Below are positions 52,001-64,000 of a stretch of DNA of 64,000 nt, one piece after another (positions within the stretch are counted from its first letter, which is position 1; each line of letters opens with the position of its first letter). The stretch is from Bugula neritina (taxonomy: Eukaryota > Animalia > Bryozoa). Made by a program: the position numbers and the translations under genes. The notes under the pieces are model-generated. The model was given only the letters and a program-made list of their open reading frames with translations, made no database searches and was not told the DNA's origin. The stretch covers positions 15,366,722 through 15,430,721 of the forward strand of contig OZ037766.1 of NCBI GenBank assembly GCA_964035545.1, in the 5' to 3' direction.

Positions 52001-55000
52001 AGATGACTGAACCGGATGGCTCTCCAAGTTATATTGAACAACCTATGTTCGCTGAAAATGATGACCCAGATCCTAATTATGTGCTGACAATGGACAATGC
52101 CAAGAAGATTTTGGCCATACACCAGAGATTGCGGTGAGATTTTAGTGATGCATTTAAACCCCAGGGTTTAAGGCTAAATATTTGTCACACATCAAATACT
52201 GAGATAAGATATTAGTCATACATCATATACTAAGATAAGATATTAGTCATACATCAGATACTGAGATAAGATATTAGTCATACATCAGATACTGAGATAA
52301 GATATTAGTCATACATCATATTCTGAGATAAGATATTAGTCATACATCAGATACTAAGATAAGATATTAGTCATACATCAGATACTGAGATAAGATATTA
52401 GTCGTACATCAGATACTGAGATAAGATATTAGTCATACATCATATACTGAGATAAGATATTAGTCATACATTAGATACTGAGATAAGATATTAGTCATAC
52501 ATCAGAGACTGAGATAAGATATTAGTCATACATCAGATACTGTGATAAGATATTAGTCATACATCATATACTAAAATAAGATATTAGTCATACATCAGAT
52601 ACTGAGATAAGATATTAGTCATACATCATATACTAAAATAAGATATTAGTCATACATCAGATACTGAGATAAGATATTAGTCATACATCAGAGACTGAGA
52701 TAAGATATTAGTCATACATCAGATACTGTGATAAGATATTAGTCATACATCATATACTAAAATAAGATATTAGTCATATATCATATACTGAGATAAGATA
52801 TTAGTCATACATCAGATACTGAGATAAGATATTAGTCATACATTAGATACTGAGATAAGATATTAGTCATACATCAGATACTGAGACAAGATATTAGTCT
52901 TACAGCAAATATTGAGGTTAGATGATACACTGATTACTGAGATACATTAGAAACTGAATCATGTTATTATTAGTTATTGTAGATTGAAATTATAAAACTT
53001 ATTGCACACTATTGCTGCGTTACTGTTTTATGTTGTTATATAGAGTTGACATTCCTGTGATAATCATGGGAGAGACTGGTTGTGGTAAAACTAAACTCAT
53101 TGACTTTATGTCAAAGTTACAAGTGCCTACAGCTTTAAAGAAAGACATCACTACAATGATTACCGTGAAGGTAAAATGCATATTTGTGTTTCAAATTTTT
53201 TTTTAATAATGTTTCATTAAAATTTATCTGTTGTATTACTGTATCTAGTTATAAGAAGTTTTTTAATCTGACTAGGCACTTTAGTTTACCTTTGCTGTTT
53301 ATAACTCTATAACTTCAAAGTTTTCATTGTTTGTGGTATTTACTGTAAGATATGCCAGACTTTTTATGTTATCTAAAATCAATTTCAACGTTGATTTGTT
53401 TTATTTCGGAAATATAATTTTGTTTTAAACTGGTTCACTAGTAGATAATTCATTTTAGCCAGTAGCTCTATATTAATTATTAGTAACTAACATATAGTAC
53501 ATGAAGTCACAATTTTTACGCATTAAATGAATTTAAATACGAATGAATTTTTACATAAGATATAAAACCTGTGGTAGCACTTTAATGTTTATGTAAAAAA
53601 TATTTTGTACTTGAAATTGTTAAAACTTGTTGATGACACATAATTTAACTCAGCTTAACTTTTTTATGTTTGCAAAATCATGCCAACTGTTGTGTGGTTT
53701 TTGTCTTTTGTACTCAAATTTTTATTTCTACAGGTGCATGGTGGCACCACGGAGGATAGTATCATTGATAATGTTCTGAAGGCCCAAACATTAGCAGTTG
53801 AAAATCGTACAAAGTGTGAAGCATATGCCAGACAGTTTAAATCAAGTCAAGTAAGGATCTCCTGATATACTGTTGGCTGTATTGCTCAAATTTGCAGTAT
53901 TTTTAGAGCTATTTGCATGCAATTCTTCTGCCAGGTACTACATTCAAAATTGAAACTGTGAATAGCTATTTTTACAATCTGTAGATGTCAGCTATATGAA
54001 ATACATATATATGTCTAGTTGAGCTCATTGGTCAATGTTTTCATCAACTGAACACTTGTCAGGTAACATAACTCTTGATTGATAAGAACCCAGTTTATTT
54101 ATGTAATAATTATCAGTACAGGGCTTTTAGATTTAAACTTTGATGGATTTCTCTGCATGGCATCTGTTTTACTCTAGGTGCCAACTATCTACACAATCTT
54201 GTTCTTTGATGAGGCCAACACTACAGAAGCTATTGGTTTAGTCAAAGAGATACTCTGTGATGGTAGAATGAGAGGAAGACCTCTAGACAAAACATCTGGA
54301 CTAAAGATCATAGCAGCTTGTAACCCCTACAGAAGGTATGCTTTGCCAATTATTTATTTACTTAGTTTGCTTAAAAATATGAATGGCACTATAAGTATCA
54401 ATCTCTATTTTAATTCAGCTAAAAAGTAAATGCTGTAAAATTGCAAATATCTAAAAATCAATGTTCCAACCTTTTTGATAGTGCAATAAGCTGTAGAATT
54501 CAAAGTTTTTTTTATTGTTTCCAATATTTTTTGTTTTAAATGTTATATACAACAGATAATATTTTCCAAATACTAGACAGCTGTTACACTTAACAGTGTT
54601 TTACTATGTCTTTTTTCACTGGATGACTGGACCTTTCATCTTTAATCCATTATCAAACCTTCTTGCGGTTTGTGAGTTTAAAAGAGAAAATGTTGTAAAT
54701 TAACTATGGTTTAGTTTAGTATGTGTAACAGCATGGATGCTGTATGCTTTGAGCACAGATTCTGCACTACAGTTCAAATTATTTTTTATTGTCCATGGTT
54801 TAGAATATTGTATATAATCTGATTTAATTTACACTCAATAATTACAGTTATTGCTTTAAAAATTTTTACATCAATAGAAGCTAAAGATAACATAATACTT
54901 GCAATTATTTTGTCAATAAAGTGAAAGTTATGTACATCTTCATACAAAAGAAAAACTATGATTGAACTGAATACAGCTAACTTCTCTCCTCCATTTATTT

Positions 55001-58000
55001 AGCTGCACTGACTCATACCGTAACATTGATAACTAACAGTCAACAAACTATCTTCAAAACCCTTTCACCAAAAAGCTTTCACCAGAAAGCTTTCACCAGA
55101 AAGCTTTCACCAGAAAGCTTTCACCAGAAAGCTTTCACCAGAAAGCTTTCACCAGTAAGCTTTCACCAGTAAGCTTTCACCAGTAAGCTTTCACCAGTAA
55201 GCTTTCACCAGTAAGCTTTCACCAGTAAGCTTTCACCAGTAAGCTTTCACCAGTAAGCTTTCACCAGTAAGCTTTCACCAGTAAGCTTTCACCAGTAAGC
55301 TTTCACCAGTAAGCTTTCACCAGTAAGCTTTCACCAGTAAGCTTTCACCAGTAAGCTTTCACCAGTAAGCTTTCACCAGTAAGCTTTCACCAAAAAGCTC
55401 CTGTGACAATATGAACTGTGATAGGCTGATCAAATGCAATATAATGATTTCTATGTATGGGTTTTGTTCATTCAGTCGCCATAATCGTACACTATCTTCT
55501 GTTATAAATAAGCAATAACATATTTACTTATTACATATTTATTCACTGTAGTAGCTGCAATAAAGTAAGCATTTAGCTATAGCCACATTTTCAGCTGATT
55601 ACTTTGTGTCACACAGAAGTAATTATTGCTGCCCTTGTTCTAATACTCAAACAGTTTTAACCAATCTTCTTTTAATGAAAATAGAATATTTTTATAAGCT
55701 ATTCTATTGATTTGATATACAGAAAGTAGTCACCCGTACTCGACTACGACCGTATAGGTGTGAAAGGTGTGAAAAGAAGACTTGAGTATGTGAATATATT
55801 GGAATGGAATGACCATTGAGTGGAGCTCATGAAATGGTTTAAACATTCTTATTGCTCATTCTTTGTTTTGCAGACATTCTGAAGCCATGATAGAGAAGTT
55901 GAAGAAAGCTGGACTTGGTTACAATGTCAATGATTCAGAAACTACAGATAAGTTTGGTCTGTCATTTTTAAAAAGTTTTCATTTTCTCTTACCATTTACC
56001 ACTTGACATTTTAGACTTTTATTTTTTGTTATGCATGAACTATGTAGAAAGACTATACTTCAACATAAAACTGTTTGAAAATTGTAGGTCAGATACCGAT
56101 GAGACATCTGGTGTACAGAGTTCAGGCTCTTCCCCAGAGTTTACTTCCTCTGGTCTGGGACTTTGGTACTCTGAGATCTGCACCACCTCTACCAAATGGT
56201 GAGCCACAAGCTGGAGATGTAGAGACAGCTTACATCAGACAGATGATTGTCAAGTTTGTAAGTTGATTACTAATTTTGAATTTTGAATTTTGTTTTAATT
56301 TTAATGATTAAGTTATTGTTAATCATCAGGATGTATTCGTGGAATAGTGTATATGTTGGACTAACGGAAACTATTAAATATTTAATTGTTCTGTTATAAA
56401 GAATTCCACCAACATAGCTCCGGAAATACGAGGCATACACTTTACTCATCATACGCCACTCATTGCACAAATTCTTTCCATGTCTCAAGCATTTATGAGA
56501 GAGCAAAGGGTGAGTAGCTAGACATTATAAGACTTGCATATGTGTGTACTCATGTGTATGATATGTATGTACTCATGTGTATGAAATGTGTATATGTTTG
56601 TGATACATGTATGTATGCATGTGTATGTATGCATGTGTACATGTGTGTACTCATGTGTATGTAAGTATTTTTTTAATAATTTATTTACCTTCAACGTGTA
56701 TTGAGCTTTAAGTTTTTACTGTTTATAAAATACTGCATGTGTATAGTTTAGTGTATAGTGTATGTTTAGTAGCATGAAACTTTTTAGTTTAATAACTGAT
56801 TCATTATGTTTGTTGTAGGATGAGTGCAGCTTTGTTAGTCTAAGAGACGTGCAAAGGCTGCTAGACGTCACAAACTGGTTTTATAGTCAGCGAGATTACA
56901 TTTTCCCAGCTATGGATGGTGACCAGATTGTTGAAGAGTCCAGCGATGATGAAGATTATGAGGAGGACGCACCAGCACCTACACTTATGATAAATGTATG
57001 TAAAGGCAACTGCCTTCCTAACGAAAATGCTGCTAGTATATGAGTTTGTTTGCCTAGCAGTTTGCTTTCTTTGGCTGAGATAGCTGTGCAATGCCATGTT
57101 TTTAATAAAAACAATATTAATTGTAATACATAGGAAGGTATGTTGTCATATTTAGTTTTAAACATATAGCGTAGGATGTTAGACCTCATGCATTAATTCC
57201 TATAAATCAGCTGGTTTAATAACGTAGAGTTGTATATTCAATATTCCTACGCAAAGTTATTGTTTATCTTGTAAATTATGCTGTACCTTTCAACAAAAAT
57301 TTAGCTGGTCACCCATTACTGTAGCCATATATATATACATGTGTTCATTTGTTGTAGTTAATTTTCTGCTAGTAGGCTTTCTTAACCATCTTGATATGTA
57401 CACACACCTTGAAACACGAGAATCAATTATTTAAAATTTATTATTCTTTTTGTTTATTGTTTTGTTTGTGTTTTGTGTGTTTATAGAAAGACTACACCAC
57501 CAGAAGTTTGGTACTGGCTCTAGCAGTCTGCTATATTGCTAGACTAGAAGAAAATACCAGAGAGCAATACATTGAATACATCGCACCAAAAATTGAAGAG
57601 CTCATTGGACGAGATGATATTGATGCTCAAGATTTTATCAGAACGGAAATTGAAAGGTGGGATGTTACCAGAGAGTTTCTATATTCTAATCTGTGTATAT
57701 GTAGTGTATTGTTTTACAATTTCTTTTTAATCATCAAACATCATTTTTATGGGAAAAGGTTATGAACAGTAGTCGATGTTCTTATAATTTTAATATTTGT
57801 GTATGGAAATATAATTTTTTTCCCAAAATGTTGTTTTTACGTATTGAGCCATTTAATTTACCAAAATTATTTTTAGATGTCAAGACATGTTCATCAACGA
57901 AGTAGTGAACACAGATGTGCACAAGAACATTGCTAAGAACAAAGCTCTTAAAGAAAATGTCTTCATGATGATTGTCTGCATTGAGAATAGAATTCCTCTT

Positions 58001-61000
58001 TTCCTGGTTGGAAAACCTGGCAGCTCTAAATCTTTGTCCAAAGCTATGGTCGTGGATGCAATGAAAGGTGGAAGTTCACACAGCAATGTTCTTAAGCACC
58101 TGAAAAGGGTATGTAGAAACTAAATGTTTTACCTTAGCTTAAGATCACACAGAATGTGTTTAGGATTTGAACATTTTACATTTCAATAAATGCAATGATA
58201 TACTGCTTATTGGAGTGTCTCATTACATCATTTGGCTATGCATCTGTTTTCTAGTATTCTGTATGTCACCAGCATGCTCATACCATATGATATTTTTTAG
58301 ACCTATATGGTGTCTTTCCAATGCAGCAAACACGCTACACCAGCTGGAATTGTTGGCGTTTTTAATCACTGTGCAATATTTCAAAAAGATCAAGATTTGA
58401 ACGCATTCGTCTCAGTTGTGGTACTTGATGAAGTTGGATTGGCTGAAGATTCCGAAAACATGCCTCTTAAGGTCTTGAATTCAGTTTTTCTAATATTTAC
58501 ATTTTATAAATTTTTATTAATTTTCAAATTAAAAAAAGTTTTTATCACTGTAACAGATATCTATGTATTGTGGAGATTACCCAGTAGTTCCTGTGGTGTA
58601 ATGGCTAGTGCGCCTGCTTGCAAGTTGGAGGTCTTGGGTTCGAAACCCAGTGGAGGCAAATTTTTTATAGTCGATTTATGGTTTTAGGCTTTACATCCTC
58701 TGCTAGAAGATGGTTGTGAAGACAGTGGTGTAACACCAGAACCATACATGAAGTGTGCTTTTGTTGGCATCTCTAACTGGGCACTGGATCCAGCCAAGAT
58801 GAACCGTGGTATATTTGTCCAGAGAGGAACGCCATACACCAATGAGCTAGAAGAAATTGCTCGGTATATTGTTATTGTAACAAGCTTGTTGTAAAATGTG
58901 TTATCACAACCATTGAAAAGGGAAAATGTAGTAGCTCAGGGAAGGCCATTGTCTGTAGTGGTGTTTGATCTACAAGGAGTGGACTTAGTTTTAAATTAAA
59001 GTTTGACCAATCAAGACTAACTATAGTTTATCATATTTGTTTAGTTTTTGACCAGTTTTTATCAAGATGTCCGTTTTGTGAACATAAATGCTGCATGTAG
59101 TGATTTCTGTCATGAGTCAGTCTACATTAAATTGATTTTATTACAATTTACTCTTCTAAATGAACTTTACTGGTCATTGATGAACTACTTCTTGTTGATT
59201 TATTATTGAGTAGAGGTAAGTTAGGTAGTAAATAAATTCAACAAGTTTTAACTAAAAAGTTTAGTAGTGGTTATCTTTGCATTGAAAACTTTTGCCACTA
59301 TCTCCACTAACAGCAGCTGTGATACAGGTTGGTAAACTATAGTCAAGTCACTTTCACACTAGTAGCTTGGTTAACGGAACATAGATGGGCATTTAATTTT
59401 TTGTTACTTTTGAGTCAGTGAATATCTTCACACTAAAATTATTTTCTAGAATATTAGTCTCACACTAACGCTAACTGCGACAAGTACTGTTATTGTTCAC
59501 TTGTCTTCAGTCACGATGTTATGGGAGAGGGTTTCTATTCAAGTTGAATAAAATAAAAGAATTTCAAATAGTTTTATATATTATTTATAGAGAAATTTGT
59601 GGCAGTTTATCGAAAAATGTTGCCAACTATATCTCGCCTCTAGCAAAAGGTTATTTGGAAATTTGTGATGAGCAGAAGTCAAAAGAACGAGATCTGACTG
59701 AATTCTTTGGACTTCGAGATTTCTATAGGTTCTGTACACTACACTTCAATGAAAAACATTGTGTTATATTGACTTTCTATTAGTAACCTTTAGCTATCTG
59801 TACAAAATATATTTTCATGGTAACAATTTTTCATGTATATATAAAATAATTTATAATAATACCTAATTTTTTGCAAACACTTTCAAAAACTGAGATTAAA
59901 CTAGATGACATGTTTAGTTATAGATTTTTTCACCTATTTCAGCTAATTGCATTTATCTTGTGTTTCGGTGTTTGTATTTAGTATAATGTTAAATCAATTT
60001 ATCTAGTGATATGTCAATATACTAATATGTCCTCCATTCTTTCTTCAATAATGTTTTCTTGTAGACTCAATTCATTGCGCTGACTTGTTTTGCTGCTACT
60101 ATGATTTTTAGTCTGATGAAAATGGTGACCAGCTTTGCAGCTAAAAGCAATGGCACCATTAACAGAAATCAGTTAGAGCACAGCATACGGCGTAACTTTG
60201 GAGGGTTTGACACCGATTCATTCGACCCAATGGATGTCTTCAGGAGACATTGCAGGGCATTAGACACACTTCCTCATCAGGAAGATGGCCGCCCTCCTAT
60301 TGACTCTATTGGCCTGATTCAGTCCAGTCTTTCTGGCCAAGATACTGCAGCTCCTGGGTAAATTGTCATCGATGTTTGTTATCACTTTAACATATAGATA
60401 TGATAGAATATAAATTATAGACTTCTCATATATTATAAACACTAAATGAAATATAAATATACTTCTGATATATGTGATAAATACTGTAGAATGGAGAGCA
60501 GATATCTGCTGATTCTGACAGAGAATCTCAGTGTTCTCAGTATCATAATGGATGAGTTCTCAACTCACAACCAGCAGCCAGAGGTCGTGTTTGGCAGCAA
60601 GTTTAGAGATGATGTAACCTACACTCAGGTTGGTTCTATACTACACTTAGTCCAGATATATGACTTTCTATTACACAGAAGTGGTTCTGGTATGGTTCTG
60701 TTGTGTTTAGTAGTGTCAGTTTATATTTCTCATCAAAGTTTGAGAATCAAATTGTTGTTCCTACAATTAGTTTTGCATGCTTCCACTCACCAGACTCTGG
60801 AATACATTGGTAGGTGTGTCACAACATCTATAGAATAAAGACATGCATGAACATGGGTAAACCTGTGATCCTACTCAATCTTGATGATCTGTACGAGAGT
60901 CTATATGACGCCCTCAACCAGTATTTCTCTACTGTGGGAGACCAAAAGTTTGTGGACCTTGGGCTTGGTACTCACAGAGTTAAAACTTCTGTTGCAAACA

Positions 61001-63597
61001 ACTTCCGGTAAGTTATTTACAAAACCAGAATATTGAATTTAGTTATGTAGACTATTATGTATTAACCTACTTAAAATACTAACCTAAAGTTAGCCTCATA
61101 TAACTAAAGTTTCGTTTATACCTCTGCTGAAATAAGTACCAAGTTTCAGTTAATAACACTCGTCCTTTATAGTCTTACTGAACCTCGGTGAAATCATATT
61201 GATGTGGAAGTTAACTTTCTGAAAAGTGAAATATGACTCGCCTAATCGCTATTTGATGCTCTTTGAAAATGCCGTGGATTAGTAAAGTTGGCAGCATGTA
61301 AGCGATAATTTAGAAGGCGTAGGCGATATGATTATTAACATATAAGTACGTCATCTAATCACCAAACTCATAATTAAATAACGATATTTACAAGGAGTTA
61401 TTACTTTTTTCGAGTATTATTTCGAACTCGATCGATTAAGTTATCACAGTACAAAAATGTTTACGAGTGGCTTTTGCAACGCAACTCGGTGAAATTTTAA
61501 CTCCGCCAAATTGAATTTCTGACTGAAAATCGTGAAGGTATAAACGCAACTTGAGACATTTTTGTTTTGGAGGCTTTGAATTTGGTTTGATATTTGATCT
61601 AAAAAAAGTATTCTCCTAATATCGACTACCTCTACAATAGGTATCTTTCTAATTGATATGTGATATGATGGCAGACTAAGTGTTCTATGTAAGGGCACTA
61701 CAATAGAAGTGTAATATATTATTGTTTGTACATATTGACAGACTGGTGGTGATAGCTGACAAGAACAAAGTACACTCCCAGTTTCCAATTCCTCTCATTA
61801 ACCGTCTAGAGAAACACTATGTCTCTGCTACTTCCCTTCTCACAGATGAACAGAAGCAAGTGAAGAGAGAGCTGGAGAACTGGGCTGAAAAGTTTTTCAT
61901 GCCTTTGCCTATTTACAAGTATGTATGAGGCATGGGTGTTGAAATATATCTATTCTGCAATTTATAATATTTTAGTTTTGTAAGCTCTAATTGAATTGGC
62001 AATAATTGTTTCATTTACAACATGATTGAATTTAGATGTCTATGTAGGCTAAAGCATGTTGAAACACACTATAACTTTATATTCTTCATTTTACAGAAAA
62101 AAGTTTCTCAGATAATGAAATCTTGGTTTCAAAGTTTGAGAAAAATAAGATTTTTGGTGATGATTTATTATCCAAGCTGCAATAGATCTTTAGCTCAAAA
62201 CTGGACAGCAAACTTGCAACATTTTTGGTTTTATTCCTAAAAGGCTGCTATTAGTGGTGTAATAAAATGAATTTTTAAAATGATCACACCATATATTAGG
62301 TGTAGGTAATTAAGAACAGAAAGTAATGTTTGATGGAAAACTTTTACTCCTGTGAGAACCACTGATAAAGGTTTCTTTTTGAGCTGACGACCGCATATGC
62401 TGTGGCACAGGAGCATTTATGATTGGAATCTCTTCTTCACATCACCAATGATTCTACTAGGATTCGAACATATAACTTGGTGAATGCTAGTCCAGCGATC
62501 TATCCGTAGTTCCTCCCTTGTTATACTCATTTAGTTCTTGATAATTGTTTATAATGCTTGAAAGCTTAAACTGTATAGGACATTTTTTCAAATCTGGTTT
62601 TGAACGCCTAAAAGGTTAATGTCACTTTATTAAATTCAGATTTATTCAGCCTGTGATTTGATTATGTTGATTTCTATTTTATGCTACGCAAATGATTGTT
62701 ATAACTGAAAATTACTAACCGTACTGCTTGTATTTTTAGAAATGTTTGTCCTTCACACTGCCAAGGCTGTGATATTGAGCTGAACCAACCTTTCAGGTTG
62801 CCATGTGATCACTACATTGGCCGCTGCTGCCGAGATAGAATATTCAGAGCTGGCACTCACCAATGTCCAGTTGATGACTGTGATGAGGTGCTTGATGCTG
62901 AGTACCAGTGGACAATAGACAGAGCTGCTCTAGAGAACAGGTCTTACTTTCTTTATCAGATGCTAATGTCTTACTACATTTTATACATTAAAATTCTTCT
63001 GACTTACAATGCAGGTCCACACCCTAAGACATATTTATCTCTGGTTAGTTAAAGACACAAATTGGCATTTAATGAAATACTTTACTGATGTTGAGTTTTG
63101 AAACAAGGGCTAGCTGAGTTACATTATTGATTTATAATAACCTAAGAATATTTCTCTGTCCACATCTGTACGTGGTGTGTTGGCTGTTACAGACAATACT
63201 TTGAGAACTGCACCACTGAGAATACTTTTATTGGGTACAGCACCGAGACAACTGCTATTGCCGTTAGACAAGCAACTGCTGATGTTGAACAGGCAACTCC
63301 TGAATGGCATAACGAAGTATGTTGTTTTGAAAACTTGTCATTTTCTTACTCGCCATATGTAGTAAATTAAAGTATTTTCTTATTTATGAATTTTTTTTTC
63401 AGGTGCTAGAAAGATCAAAGTTTTACATGCTTCAGTGTGCTACTGGAGAGGCGGTGCTACGCCTAGACAGGACACGCCTACAAGCTGAGGCTGGTCAGAT
63501 TCAGGATGTGTATATGACTAAGCAATCTCATGAGAGTCTAATTCAATATCTCAGTCAGCAAGTCAATCTGACTTCTTCTACCAACCTCTACATCCAG
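19624..63597 (+). CDS. RNF213: RNF213/mysterin-like AAA+ ATPase E3 ubiquitin ligase, ~60 coding exons in the window, 3' part beyond the window
   Basis: N-terminal CPHC..PKFCSECG resembles the start of vertebrate RNF213, followed by a CBM20-like YKY..EW..NR segment. Other motifs: LNFYTTEQLV, YPTRNEVLIC, SNRAGVGKS (49608), GETGCGKT (53069), LFFDEANT, GKPGSSKS (58010), VVLDEVGLAE, FFGLRDFY, SLYDALNQY, FPIPLINRLEKH and MLQCATGEAVLRL. Checked junctions are phase-consistent, and I found no in-frame stops. Orthology versus paralogy is unknown. Confidence 0.93.
21647..22600 (+). CDS. RNF213: RNF213-like large S/T-rich low-complexity exon with a 30-bp coding repeat
   Basis: Phase 1-1 exon inside ORF 21589..22668, containing TTGKEAPSST-type repeats at ~22410-22560. 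Confidence 0.8.
29678..29871. mobile_element. Palindromic (foldback) MITE, ~195 bp
   Basis: aatgatttgttctacaagcagctccaagttg...ctgagtgcag pairs with ctgcactcag...caacttggagctgcttacagaactaatcatt. The central hairpin is cccaaaccactt/aagtggtttggg. Confidence 0.75.
30527..30741 (+). mobile_element. tRNA-derived SINE, full length, with a 15-bp TSD
   Basis: TSD tatctgagcatagca at 30512-30526 and 30742-30756; A box tggtctagggg, B-box-like ggtttaagccc, T-rich tail. Confidence 0.9.
32710..33635. mobile_element. ISL2EU-like MITE with an AT target duplication
   Basis: TIRs of about 55-60 bp (A[G/A]ACCCTTTTCACAAGTCCCTT...ATTTATAATTTGAA), flanked by AT at 32708-32709 and 33636-33637. No coding capacity. 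Confidence 0.8.
35430..35861. mobile_element. Kolobok-like MITE, copy 1
   Basis: TIRs AGTTGC(C/G)TTTATACCT...AGGTATAAACGCAACT with TTAA-like flanks. An inverted homolog is at 61108-61551. Confidence 0.7.
41427..41766. mobile_element. hAT (Charlie-like) MITE
   Basis: CAGGGCTGTTCAAC ... GCTGGGCACCCCTG termini, internal GTGGCTC/GTGGCCC motifs, and tacctga(c/g) near both ends. Confidence 0.6.
42043..42240 (+). mobile_element. tRNA-derived SINE copy
   Basis: Same family as 30527-30741 (tggtctaagggtt...ggttcgagc...gatgttaggaagaacatccagtcataattgc...T tail). Confidence 0.8.
42767..43740 (+). repeat. Left terminal inverted repeat
   Basis: Near-identical reverse complement of 47735-48711, with scattered substitutions and small indels. 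Confidence 0.95.
44710..46697 (-). CDS. Spliced THAP-HTH-DDE (DDE_Tnp_4 / HARBI1-like) transposase, ~478 aa
   Basis: Exon 46697-46054 encodes THAP (CAVKNC...FP...W...RVCSLHF...P) and an FYTG motif. It joins via the GT-AG intron 46053-45503 in frame to 45502-44710 (LLLALMKLRQG HTH; catalytic IIDCTE, MADKGF, RIHVERAI). Confidence 0.9.
45953..46003. repeat. (TA)n microsatellite in the transposase intron
   Basis: Pure TA run. Confidence 0.97.
47735..48711 (-). repeat. Right terminal inverted repeat
   Basis: Reverse complement of 42767-43740. Confidence 0.95.
52186..52898. repeat. 31-bp minisatellite, ~23 copies
   Basis: Unit CATACATCAGATACTGAGATAAGATATTAGT in direct tandem, with no spacers. 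Confidence 0.97.
55062..55399. repeat. 14-bp minisatellite AAGCTTTCACCAG(A/T), ~24 copies
   Basis: Direct tandem array: a block of A-variants followed by a block of T-variants. Confidence 0.97.
58587..58658 (+). pseudogene. tRNA-like sequence (tRNA pseudogene or SINE head) in an RNF213 intron
   Basis: A box TGGTGTAATGG, B box GGTTCGAAACC and a downstream T run. The acceptor and anticodon stems pair poorly. Confidence 0.6.
61108..61551. mobile_element. Kolobok-like MITE, copy 2 (inverted relative to 35430-35861)
   Basis: Same TIRs; the internal aagttatcacagtacaaaaat...tttacgagtggctttt is the reverse complement of part of copy 1. Confidence 0.7.
62345..62505 (-). mobile_element. tRNA-derived SINE copy, minus strand, diverged
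   Basis: The reverse complement shows gttcgaatcc...ggtgatgtgaagaagag...cataaatgctcctgtgcc, matching the SINE family. Confidence 0.65.
62740..62940 (+). CDS. RING-like zinc-finger exon inside the RNF213 AAA region
   Basis: Phase 2-2, 201-nt exon (AG at 62738-39, GT at 62941-42) encoding CQGC-x11-CDH-x4-CC-x11-CPVDDC. Confidence 0.8.
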
Positions 63598-64000
63598 GTA
63601 TTCAAACTCGTAGACTTGTATTTACAGTATTCAAATGAGCAAAAATGTTGTTTGCTGGCTTTGTTTACAAATTTTAACTCATATATCATGTCATAAATTT
63701 TGTGTTTAATATAATGAAAGTTTTGAATTTCAAAAAGTTTTAAACTATAACAATGTAGGCCGATTAATCTGTCTTCAGATGAAGCTGCATATTTAGAAAA
63801 ATAGGTGCTATTTAAAATGTCGTCTGTGAAACCAATCGTGTTATCTCTATGCTTACATTGATGGGGTAAAAAAGACAAGAACATTCTTTTGTGCTTATCA
63901 CTTATAGCTTTATTAGATTCTGATTTCTCTCTAGCTGTTTAGAATACATTTAATGGCTGTATGTCAAAGACTCTGCAATATGTCTTGCGTATAAACTAGC

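Noticed and set aside
52186-52898. Possible CRISPR array (31-bp repeats)
   Set aside because: Units are head-to-tail with no unique spacers, lie in a spliceosomal intron, and there are no cas genes.
58587-58658. Functional tRNA-Ala(TGC) gene
   Set aside because: The A and B boxes are present, but the acceptor and anticodon stems do not pair well. Kept only as a pseudogene or SINE head; tRNAscan-SE would decide.
63015-63045. Apparent RNF213 exon with a premature stop (STP*DIFIS), suggesting a pseudogene
   Set aside because: The better homologous exon is 63193-63316 (ENTFIGYSTETT), which is open and phase-compatible on both sides.

Overview
AT-rich, intron-rich animal (invertebrate-like) genomic DNA, with no prokaryotic operons or CRISPR array. 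Two ubiquitin-system genes lie head-to-head. On the minus strand is a 10-coding-exon ankyrin-repeat/SOCS-box (ASB-like) gene (12361->6401, ~662 aa). On the plus strand is a giant RNF213/mysterin-like AAA+ ATPase/E3 gene (from 19624, ~60 coding exons, continuing past the window end). A palindromic NF-kB-type site lies in the CpG-richer region between them. The RNF213-like protein departs from the vertebrate layout: a doubled N-terminal zinc ribbon, a UBA-like segment, and an RNF213-type RING encoded by one symmetric exon inside the AAA module. Mobile DNA includes an intact ISL2EU-like (PIF/Harbinger superfamily) transposon with a spliced THAP-HTH-DDE transposase and ~975-bp TIRs, and a MITE with the same termini. 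Also present are a young R4/Dong-type retrotransposon in a (TAA)n tract with a triplicated 3' end, a decayed CR1/L2-type LINE, a tRNA-derived SINE family, hAT- and Kolobok-like MITEs, minisatellites and decayed C2H2 zinc-finger remnants. All exon chains and homology calls were made by eye and from recalled family motifs; no searches were run.
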